Below, in pieces: positions 1-12,000 of a DNA stretch of 64,000 nt; within the stretch, counting starts at the first letter, position 1; every line of letters begins with the position of its first letter. This DNA comes from Auanema rhodensis (taxonomy: Eukaryota > Animalia > Nematoda). The notes under the pieces are model-generated. The model searched no databases. It saw nothing but the letters and a program-made list of their open reading frames with translations, and had not been told where the DNA came from. The DNA lies in the NCBI GenBank assembly GCA_964057225.1, contig OZ059896.1, positions 1,364,001 through 1,428,000 of the forward strand, given 5' to 3'. A program made the position numbers and the translations under genes.

Positions 1-3000
1 AATCCGCATCGAATGCACTATACTACATTGAGAAACGCTTAATACAAAATTTAGTTATGATCGTTTGAAAAATGATGCATTAGTGTATGTTGAGTTTCCA
101 TGTACACTCAACATTGCTTCCAAAAACATTTTGACAAAAATTTTTTCGAAAAATTTCAAAAAAATTTAACGAAAAGTAGATGTTTTTAGATTCCTTTTTT
201 CAAGGCAAAAACGAAGGACAATGTAATTCAACGAAAAAATTAATTCTTCAGGGTGAAAATCGAGGATATAAGTGTGAACTTATATCAGTTCATATCTCGG
301 TGTATTTTCAAGCTAGCGCAAATCTGATAGTACAGATCGACGCAGCTTAAAAATCCGCATCGAATGCACTATACTAAATTGAGAAACGCTTAATACAAAA
401 ATTAGTTATGATCGTTTGAAAAATGATGCATTAGTGTATGTTGAGTTTCCATGTACACTCAAAATTGCTTCCAAAAACATTTTGACAAAAATTTTTTCGA
501 AAAATTTCAAAATAATTTAGCGAAAAGTAGATATTTTAGATTCCTTTTTTTGAGGCAAAAACGAAGGACAATGTAATTCAACGAAAAAATTAATTCTTCA
601 GGGTGAAAATCGAGGATATATGTGTGAACTTATATCAGTTGATATCTCGGTGCATTTTCAAGCTAGCGCAAATCTGATAGTACAGATCGACGCAGCTTAA
701 AAATCCGCATCGAATGCACTATACTACATTGAGAAACGCTTAATACAAAAATTAGTTATGATCGTTTGAAAAATGATGCATTAGTGTATGTTGAGTTTCC
801 ATGTACACTCAACATTGCTTCCAAAAACATTTTGACAAAAATTTTTTCGAAAAATTTCAAAATAATTTAGCGAAAAGTAGATGTTTTTAGATTCCTTTTT
901 TCGAGGCGAAAACGATGGACAATGTTATTCAACGAAAAAATTAATTCTTCAGGGTGAAAATCGAGGATATAAGTGTGAACTTATATCAGTTGATATCTCG
1001 GTGCATTTTCAAGCTAGCGCAAATCTGATAGTACAGATCGACGCAGCTTAAAAATCCGCATCGAATGCACTATACTACATTGAGAAACGCTTAATACAAA
1101 AATTAGTTATGATCGTTTGAAAAATGATGCATTAGTGTATGTTGAGTTTCCATGTACACTCAAAATTGCTTCCAAAAACATTTTGACAAAAATTTTTTCA
1201 AAAAATTTCAAAATAATTTAGCGAAAAGTAGATGTTTTTAGATTCCTTTTTTCAAGGCAAAAACGATGGACAATGTTATTCAACGAAAAAATTAATTCTT
1301 CAGGGTGAAAATCGAGGATATAGGTGTGAACTTATATCAGTTGATATCTCGGTGCATTTTCAAGCTAGCGCAAATCTGATAGTACAGATCGACGCAGCTT
1401 AAAAATCCGCATCGAATGCACTATACTACATTGAGAAACGCTTAATACAAAATTTAGTTATGATCGTTTGAAAAATGATGCATTAGTGTATGTTGAGTTT
1501 CCATGTACACTCAACATTGCTTCCAAAAACATTTTGACAAAAATTTTTTCGAAAAATTTCAAAATAATTTAACGAAAAGTAGATGTTTTTAGATTCCTTT
1601 TTTCAAGGCAAAAACGAAGGACAATGTAATTCAACGAAAAAATTAATTCTTCAGGGTGAAAATCGAGGATATAAGTGTGAACTTATATCAGTTCATATCT
1701 CGGTGTATTTTCAAGCTAGCGCAAATCTGATAGTACAGATCGACGCAGCTTAAAAATCCGCATCGAATGCACTATACTAAATTGAGAAACGCTTAATACA
1801 AAAATTAGTTATGATCGTTTGAAAAATGATGCATTAGTGTATGTTGAGTTTCCATGTACACTCAAAATTGCTTCCAAAAACATTTTGACAAAAATTTTTT
1901 CGAAAAATTTCAAAATAATTTAGCGAAAAGTAGATGTTTTTAGATTCCTTTTTTTGAGGCAAAAACGAAGAACAATGTAATTCAACGAAAAAATTAATTC
2001 TTCAGGGTGAAAATCGAGGATATAGGTGTGAACTTATATCAGTTGATATCTCGGTGCATTTTCAAGCTAGCGCAAATCCGATAGTACAGATCGACGCAGC
2101 TTAAAAATCCGCATCGAATGCACTATACTACATTGAGAAACGCTTAATACAAAATTTAGTTATGATCGTTTGAAAAATGATGCATTAGTGTATGTTGAGT
2201 TTCCATGTACATTCAACATTGCTTCCAAAAACATTTTGACAAAAATTTTTTCGAAAAATTTCAAAATAATTTAGCGAAAAGTAGATGTTTTTAGATTCCT
2301 TTTTTTGAGGCAAAAACGAAGGACAATGTAATTCAACGAAAAAATTAATTCTTCAGGGTGAAAATCGAGGATATAGGTGTGAACTTATATCAGTTGATAT
2401 CTCGGTGCATTTTCAAGCTAGCGCAAATCCGATAGTACAGATCGACGCAGCTTAAAAATCCGCATCGAATGCACTATACTACATTGAAAAACGCTTAATA
2501 CAAAATTTAGTTATGATCGTTTGAAAAATGATGCATTAGTGTATGTTGAGTTTCCATGTACACTCAACATTGCTTCCAAAAACATTTTGACAAATATTTT
2601 TTCGAAAAATTTCAAAATAATTTAGCGAAAAGTAGATGTTTTTAGATTCCTTTTTTCGAGGCAAAAACGATGGACAATGTTATTCAACGAAAAAATTAAT
2701 TCTTCAGGGTGAAAATCGAGGATATAAGTGTGAACTTATATCAGTTGATATCTCGGTGCATTTTCAAGCTAGCGCAAATCTGATAGTACAGATCGACGCA
2801 GCTTAAAAATCCGCATCGAATGCACTATACTACATTGAGAAACGCTTAATACAAAATTTAGTTATGATCGTTTGAAAAATGATGCATTAGTGTATGTTGA
2901 GTTTCCATGTACACTCAACATTGCTTCCAAAAACATTTTGACAAAAATTTTTTCGAAAAATTTCAAAATAATTTAGCGAAAAGTAGATGTTTTTAGATTC

Positions 3001-6000
3001 CTTTTTTCGAGGCAAAAACGATGGACAATGTTATTCAACGAAAAAATTAATTCTTCAGGGTGAAAATCGAGGATATAAGTGTGAACTTATATCAGTTGAT
3101 ATCTCGGTGCATTTTTAAGCTAGCGGAAATTTGATAACACAGATCGACGCAGCTTAAAAATCCGCATCGAATGCACTATACTACATTGAGAAACGCTTAA
3201 TACAAAAATTAGTTATGATCGTTTGAAAAATGATGCATTAGTGTATGTTGAGTTTCCATGTACACTTAACATTGCTTCCAAAAACATTTTGACAAAAATT
3301 TTTTCGAAAAATTTCAAAATAATTTAGCGAAAAGTAGATGTTTTTAGATTCCTTTTTTTGAGGCAAAAACGAAGAACAATGTAATTCAACGAAAAAATTA
3401 ATTCTTCAGGGTGAAAATCGAGGATATAGGTGTGAACTTATATCAGTTGATATCTCGGTGCATTTTCAAGCTAGCGCAAATCCGATAGTACAGATCGACG
3501 CAGCTTAAAAATCCGCATCGAATGCACTATACTACATTGAGAAACGCTTAATACAAAATTTAGTTATGATCGTTTGAAAAATGATGCATTAGTGTATGTT
3601 GAGTTTCCATGTACATTCAACATTGCTTCCAAAAACATTTTGACAAAAATTTTTTCGAAAAATTTCAAAATAATTTAGCGAAAAGTAGATGTTTTTAGAT
3701 TCCTTTTTTTGAGGCAAAAACGAAGGACAATGTAATTCAACGAAAAAATTAATTCTTCAGGGTGAAAATCGAGGATATAGGTGTGAACTTATATCAGTTG
3801 ATATCTCGGTGCATTTTCAAGCTAGCGCAAATCCGATAGTACAGATCGACGCAGCTTAAAAATCCGCATCGAATGCACTATACTACATTGAGAAACGCTT
3901 AATACAAAATTTAGTTATGATCGTTTGAAAAATGATGCATTAGTGTATGTTGAGTTTCCATGTACACTCAACATTGCTTCCAAAAACATTTTGACAAAAA
4001 TTTTTTCGAAAAATTTCAAAATAATTTAGCGAAAAGTAGATGTTTTTAGATTCCTTTTTTTGAGGCAAAAACGAAGGACAATGTAATTCAACGAAAAAAT
4101 TAATTCTTCAGGGTGAAAATCGAGGATATAGGTGTGAACTTATATCAGTTGATATCTCGGTGCATTTTCAAGCTAGCGCAAATCCGATAGTACAGATCGA
4201 CGCAGCTTAAAAATCCGCATCGAATGCACTATACTACATTGAAAAACGCTTAATACAAAATTTAGTTATGATCGTTTGAAAAATGATGCATTAGTGTATG
4301 TTGAGTTTCCATGTACACTCAACATTGCTTCCAAAAACATTTTGACAAAAATTTTTTCGAAAAATTTCAAAATAATTTAGCGAAAAGTAGATGTTTTTAG
4401 ATTCCTTTTTTCGAGGCAAAAACGATGGACAATGTTATTCAACGAAAAAATTAATTCTTCAGGGTGAAAATCGAGGATATAAGTGTGAACTTATATCAGT
4501 TGATATCTCGGTGCATTTTCAAGCTAGCGCAAATCTGATAGTACAGATCGACGCAGCTTAAAAATCCGCATCGAATGCACTATACTACATTGAGAAACGC
4601 TTAATACAAAATTTAGTTATGATCGTTTGAAAAATGATGCATTAGTGTATGTTGAGTTTCCATGTACACTCAACATTGCTTCCAAAAACATTTTGACAAA
4701 AATTTTTTCGAAAAATTTCAAAATAATTTAGCGAAAAGTAGATGTTTTTAGATTCCTTTTTTCGAGGCAAAAACGATGGACAATGTTATTCAACGAAAAA
4801 ATTAATTCTTCAGGGTGAAAATCGAGGATATAAGTGTGAACTTATATCAGTTGATATCTCGGTGCATTTTTAAGCTAGCGGAAATTTGATAACACAGATC
4901 GACGCAGCTTAAAAATCCGCATCGAATGCACTATACTACATTGAGAAACGCTTAATACAAAAATTAGTTATGATCGTTTGAAAAATGATGCATTAGTGTA
5001 TGTTGAGTTTCCATGTACACTTAACATTGCTTCCAAAAACATTTTGACAAAAATTTTTTCGAAAAATTTCAAAATAATTTAGCGAAAAGTAGATGTTTTT
5101 AGATTCCTTTTTTCGAGGCAAAAACGATGGACAATGTTATTCAACGAAAAAATTAATTCTTCAGGGTGAAAATCGAGGATATAAGTGTGAACTTATATCA
5201 GTTGATATCTCGGTGCATTTTCAAGCTAGCGCAAATCTGATAGTACAGATCGACGCAGCTTTAAAATCCGCATCGAATGCACTATACTACATTGAGAAAC
5301 GCTTAATACAAAAATTAGTTATGATCGTTTGAAAAATGATGCATTAGTGTATGTTGAGTTTCCATGTACACTCAAAATTGCTTCCAAAAACATTTTGACA
5401 AAAATTTTTTCAAAAAATTTCAAAATAATTTAGCGAAAAGTAGATGTTTTTAGATTCCTTTTTTCAAGGCAAAAACGATGGACAATGTTATTCAACGAAA
5501 AAATTAATTCTTCAGGGTGAAAATCGAGGATATAGGTGTGAACTTATATCAGTTGATATCTCGGTGCATTTTCAAGCTAGCGCAAATCTGATAGTACAGA
5601 TCGACGCAGCTTAAAAATCCGCATCGAATGCACTATACTACATTGAGAAACGCTTAATACAAAATTTAGTTATGATCGTTTGAAAAATGATGCATTAGTG
5701 TATGTTGAGTTTCCATGTACACTCAACATTGCTTCCAAAAACATTTTGACAAAAATTTTTTCGAAAAATTTCAAAATAATTTAGCGAAAAGTAGATGTTT
5801 TTAGATTCCTTTTTTCAAGGCAAAAACGAAGGACAATGTAATTCAACGAAAAAATTAATTCTTCAGGGTGAAAATCGAGGATATAAGTGTGAACTTATAT
5901 CAGTTCATATCTCGGTGCATTTTCAAGCTAGCGCAAATCTGATAGTACAGATCGACGCAGCTTAAAAATCCGCATCGAATGCACTATACTAAATTGAGAA

Positions 6001-9000
6001 ACGCTTAATACAAAAATTAGTTATGATCGTTTGAAAAATGATGCATTAGTGTATGTTGAGTTTCCATGTACACTCAACATTGCTTCCAAAAACATTTTGA
6101 CAAAAATTTTTTCGAAAAATTTCAAAAAAATTTAACGAAAAGTAGATGTTTTTAGATTCCTTTTTTTGAGGCAAAAACGAAGGACAATGTAATTCAACGA
6201 AAAAATTAATTCTTCAGGGTGAAAATCGAGGATATAAGTGTGAACTTATATCAGTTCATATCTCGGTGTATTTTCAAGCTAGCGCAAATCTGATAGTACA
6301 GATCGACGCAGCTTAAAAATCCGCATCGAATGCACTATACTAAATTGAGAAACGCTTAATACAAAAATTAGTTATGATCGTTTGAAAAATGATGCATTAG
6401 TGTATGTTGAGTTTCCATGTACACTCAAAATTGCTTCCAAAAACATTTTGACAAAAATTTTTTCGAAAAATTTCAAAATAATTTAGCGAAAAGTAGATGT
6501 TTTTAGATTCCTTTTTTTGAGGCAAAAACGAAGGACAATGTAATTCAACGAAAAAATTAATTCTTCAGGGTGAAAATCGAGGATATAGGTGTGAACTTAT
6601 ATCAGTTGATATCTCGGTGCATTTTCAAGCTAGCGCAAATCTGATAGTACAGATCGACGCAGCTCAAAAATCCGCATCGAATGCACTATACTACATTGAG
6701 AAACGCTTAATACAAAATTTAGTTATGATCGTTTGAAAAATGATGCATTAGTGTATGTTGAGTTTCCATGTACACTCAAAATTGCTTCCAAAAACATTTT
6801 GACAAAAATTTTTTCGAAAAATTTCAAAATAATTTAGCGAAAAGTAGATGTTTTTAGATTCCTTTTTTTGAGGCAAAAACGAAGGACAATGTAATTCAAC
6901 GAAAAAATTAATTCTTCAGGGTGAAAATCGAGGATATAGGTGTGAACTTATATCAGTTGATATCTCGGTGCATTTTCAAGCTAGCGCAAATCCGATAGTA
7001 CAGATCGACGCAGCTTAAAAATCCGCATCGAATGCACTATACTACATTGAGAAACGCTTAATACAAAATTTAGTTATGATCGTTTGAAAAATGATGCATT
7101 AGTGTATGTTGAGTTTCCATGTACACTCAACATTGCTTCCAAAAACATTTTGACAAAAATTTTTTCGAAAAATTTCAAAATAATTTAGCGAAAAGTAGAT
7201 GTTTTTAGATTCCTTTTTTCGAGGCAAAAACGATGGACAATGTTATTCAACGAAAAAATTAATTCTTCAGGGGGAAAATCGAGGATATAAGTGTGAACTT
7301 ATATCAGTTGATATCTCGGTGCATTTTCAAGCTAGCGCAAATCTGATAGTACAGATCGACGCAGCTTAAAAATCCGCATCGAATGCACTATACTACATTG
7401 AGAAACGCTTAATACAAAATTTAGTTATGATCGTTTGAAAAATGATGCATTAGTGTATGTTGAGTTTCCATGTACACTCAACATTGCTTCCAAAAACATT
7501 TTGACAAAAATTTTTTCGAAAAATTTCAAAATAATTTAGCGAAAAGTAGATGTTTTTAGATTCCTTTTTTCAAGGCAAAAACGAAGGACAATGTAATTCA
7601 ACGAAAAAATTAATTCTTCAGGGTGAAAATCGAGGATATAAGTGTGAACTTATATCAGTTCATATCTCGGTGCATTTTCAAGCTAGCGCAAATCTGATAG
7701 TACAGATCGACGCAGCTTAAAAATCCGCATCGAATGCACTATACTAAATTGAGAAACGCTTAATACAAAAATTAGTTATGATCGTTTGAAAAATGATGCA
7801 TTAGTGTATGTTGAGTTTCCATGTACACTCAACATTGCTTCCAAAAACATTTTGACAAAAATTTTTTCGAAAATTTCAAAATAATTTAGCGAAAAGTAGA
7901 TGTTTTTAGATTCCTTTTTTCGAGGCAAAAACGATGGACAATGTTATTCAACGAAAAAATTAATTCTTCAGGGTGAAAATCGAGGATATAAGTGTGAACT
8001 TATATCAGTTGATATCTCGGTGCATTTTCAAGCTAGCGCAAATCTGATAGTACAGATCGACGCAGCTTAAAAATCCGCATCGAATGCACTATACTACATT
8101 GAGAAACGCTTAATACAAAATTTAGTTATGATCGTTTGAAAAATGATGCATTAGTGTATGTTGAGTTTCCATGTACACTCAACATTGCTTCCAAAAACAT
8201 TTTGACAAAAATTTTTTCGAAAAATTTCAAAATAATTTAGCGAAAAGTAGATGTTTTTAGATTCCTTTTTTCAAGGCAAAAACGAAGGACAATGTAATTC
8301 AACGAAAAAATTAATTCTTCAGGGTGAAAATCGAGGATATAAGTGTGAACTTATATCAGTTCATATCTCGGTGCATTTTCAAGCTAGCGCAAATCTGATA
8401 GTACAGATCGACGCAGCTTAAAAATCCGCATCGAATGCACTATACTAAATTGAGAAACGCTTAATACAAAAATTAGTTATGATCGTTTGAAAAATGATGC
8501 ATTAGTGTATGTTGAGTTTCCATGTACACTCAACATTGCTTCCAAAAACATTTTGACAAAAATTTTTTCGAAAATTTCAAAATAATTTAGCGAAAAGTAG
8601 ATGTTTTTAGATTCCTTTTTTCGAGGCAAAAACGATGGACAATGTTATTCAACGAAAAAATTAATTCTTCAGGGTGAAAATCGAAAATATAAGTGTGAAC
8701 TTATATCAGTTGATATCTCGGTGCATTTTTCAGCTAGCGCAAATCTGATAACACAGATCGACGCAGCTTAAAAATCCGCATCGAATGCACTATACTACAT
8801 TGAGAAACGCTTAATACCAAAATTAGTTATGATCGTTTGAAAAATGATGCATTAGTGTATGTTGAGTTTCCATGTACACTCAAAATTGCTTCCAAAAACA
8901 TTTTGACAAAAATTTTTTCGAAAAATTTCAAAATAATTTAGCGAAAAGTAGATGTTTTCAGATTCCTTTTTTTGAGGCAAAAACGATGGACAATGTTATT

Positions 9001-12000
9001 CAACGAAAAAATTAATTCTTCAGGGTGAAAATCGAGGATATAAGTGTGAACTTATATCAGTTCATATCTCGGTGCATTTTCAAGCTAGCGCAAATCTGAT
9101 AGTACAGATCGACGCAGCTTAAAAATCCGCATCGAATGCACTATACTACATTGAGAAACGCTTAATACAAAAATTAGTTATGATCGTTTGAAAAATGATG
9201 CATTAGTGTATGTTGAGTTTCCATGTACACTCAAAATTGCTTCCAAAAACATTTTGACAAAAATTTTTTCGAAAAATTTTAAAATAATTTAGCGAAAAGT
9301 AGATGTTTTCAGATTCCTTTTTTTGAGGCAAAAACGATGGACAATGTTATTCAACGAAAAAATTAATTCTTCAGGGTGAAAATCGAGGATATAAGTGTGA
9401 ACTTATATCAGTTGATATCTCGGTGCATTTTCAAGCTAGCGGAAATCTGATAACACAGATCGACGCAGCTTAAAATTCCGCATCGATTGCATTATACTAC
9501 AATGAGAAAAGCTTAATAAAAAAATTAGTTATGATCGTTTGAAAAATGATGCATTAGTGTATGTTGAGTTTCCATGTACACTCAAAATTGCTTCCAAAAA
9601 CATTTTGACAAAATTTTTTTCGAAAAATTTCAAAATAATTTAGCAAAAAGTAGATGTTTTTAGATTCCTTTTTTCGAGGCAAAAACGATGGACAATGTTA
9701 TTCAACGAAAAAATTAATTCTTCAGGGTGAAAATCGAGGATATAAGTGTGAACTTATATCAGTTGATATCTCGGTGCATTTTCAAGCTAGCGCAAATCTG
9801 ATAGTACAGATCGACGCAGCTTAAAAATCCGCATCGAATGCACTATACTACATTGAGAAACGCTTAATACAAAATTTAGTTATGATCGTTTGAAAAATGA
9901 TGCATTAGTGTATGTTGAGTTTCCATGTACACTCAACATTGCTTCCAAAAACATTTTGACAAAAATTTTTTCGAAAAATTTCAAAAAAATTTAACGAAAA
10001 GTAGATGTTTTTAGATTCCTTTTTTCAAGGCAAAAACGAAGGACAATGTAATTCAACGAAAAAATTAATTCTTCAGGGTGAAAATCGAGGATATAAGTGT
10101 GAACTTATATCAGTTCATATCTCGGTGTATTTTCAAGCTAGCGCAAATCTGATAGTACAGATCGACGCAGCTTAAAAATCCGCATCGAATGCACTATACT
10201 AAATTGAGAAACGCTTAATACAAAAATTAGTTATGATCGTTTGAAAAATGATGCATTAGTGTATGTTGAGTTTCCATGTACACTCAAAATTGCTTCCAAA
10301 AACATTTTGACAAAAATTTTTTCGAAAAATTTCAAAATAATTTAGCGAAAAGTAGATGTTTTTAGATTCCTTTTTTTGAGGCAAAAACGAAGGACAATGT
10401 AATTCAACGAAAAAATTAATTCTTCAGGGTGAAAATCGAGGATATAGGTGTGAACTTATATCAGTTGATATCTCGGTGCATTTTCAAGCTAGCGCAAATC
10501 TGATAGTACAGATCGACGCAGCTTAAAAATCCGCATCGAATGCACTATACTACATTGAGAAACGCTTAATACAAAATTTAGTTATGATCGTTTGAAAAAT
10601 GATGCATTAGTGTATGTTGAGTTTCCATGTACACTCAAAATTGCTTCCAAAAACATTTTGACAAAAATTTTTTCGAAAAATTTCAAAATAATTTAGCGAA
10701 AAGTAGATGTTTTTAGATTCCTTTTTTTGAGGCAAAAACGAAGGACAATGTAATTCAACGAAAAAATTAATTCTTCAGGGTGAAAATCGAGGATATAGGT
10801 GTGAACTTATATCAGTTGATATCTCGGTGCATTTTCAAGCTAGCGCAAATCTGATAGTACAGATCGACGCAGCTTAAAAATCCGCATCGAATGCACTATA
10901 CTACATTGAGAAACGCTTAATACAAAATTTAGTTATGATCGTTTGAAAAATGATGCATTAGTGTATGTTGAGTTTCCATGTACACTCAACATTGCTTCCA
11001 AAAACATTTTGACAAAAATTTTTTCGAAAAATTTCAGAATAATTTAGCGAAAAGTAGATGTTTTTAGATTCCTTTTTTCAAGGCAAAAACGAAGGACAAT
11101 GTAATTCAACGAAAAAATTAATTCTTCAGGGTGAAAATCGAGGATATAAGTGTGAACTTATATCAGTTCATATCTCGGTGCATTTTCAAGCTAGCGCAAA
11201 TCTGATAGTACAGATCGACGCAGCTTAAAAATCCGCATCGAATGCACTATACTAAATTGAGAAACGCTTAATACAAAAATTAGTTATGATCGTTTGAAAA
11301 ATGATGCATTAGTGTATGTTGAGTTTCCATGTACACTCAACATTGCTTCCAAAAACATTTTGACAAAAATTTTTTCGAAAATTTCAAAATAATTTAGCGA
11401 AAAGTAGATGTTTTTAGATTCCTTTTTTCGAGGCAAAAACGATGGACAATGTTATTCAACGAAAAAATTAATTCTTCAGGGTGAAAATCGAAAATATAAG
11501 TGTGAACTTATATCAGTTGATATCTCGGTGCATTTTTCAGCTAGCGCAAATCTGATAACACAGATCGACGCAGCTTAAAAATCCGCATCGAATGCACTAT
11601 ACTACATTGAGAAACGCTTAATACCAAAATTAGTTATGATCGTTTGAAAAATGATGCATTAGTGTATGTTGAGTTTCCATGTACACTCAAAATTGCTTCC
11701 AAAAACATTTTGACAAAAATTTTTTCGAAAAATTTCAAAATAATTTAGCGAAAAGTAGATGTTTTCAGATTCCTTTTTTTGAGGCAAAAACGATGGACAA
11801 TGTTATTCAACGAAAAAATTAATTCTTCAGGGTGAAAATCGAGGATATAAGTGTGAACTTATATCAGTTCATATCTCGGTGCATTTTCAAGCTAGCGCAA
11901 ATCTGATAGTACAGATCGACGCAGCTTAAAAATCCGCATCGAATGCACTATACTACATTGAGAAACGCTTAATACAAAAATTAGTTATGATCGTTTGAAA

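Noticed and set aside
140-215. CENP-B box-like TTCG....A motifs
   Set aside because: The required downstream CGGG of TTCGNNNNANNCGGG is missing.
195-255. Hammerhead ribozyme candidate: minus strand reads CUGAAGA ... GAAA, as in some transcribed satellites
   Set aside because: The bases after CUGAAGA (AUUAAUU) do not pair with those before GAAA (GCCUC), so stem II cannot form; I found no convincing stems I and III.
1-351. 5S rRNA, tRNA, spliced-leader or snRNA tandem gene unit
   Set aside because: I could not recognise any such RNA sequence or Pol III internal promoter in the monomer; an Rfam/Infernal scan would be decisive.
1-351. 351-mer as an internal dimer of ~175-bp subunits, or identity with a named ~350-360 bp insect satellite
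   Set aside because: The halves show no visible alignment, and I do not recognise the sequence; length similarity alone is insufficient.
5093-5332. 79-aa ORF (also 16672-16911)
   Set aside because: It arises only because a rare SNP (GCTTAA>GCTTTA) removes a stop in these two monomers, and there is no recognisable domain. It is useful only as a duplication marker (offset 11579 = 33 x 351 - 4).
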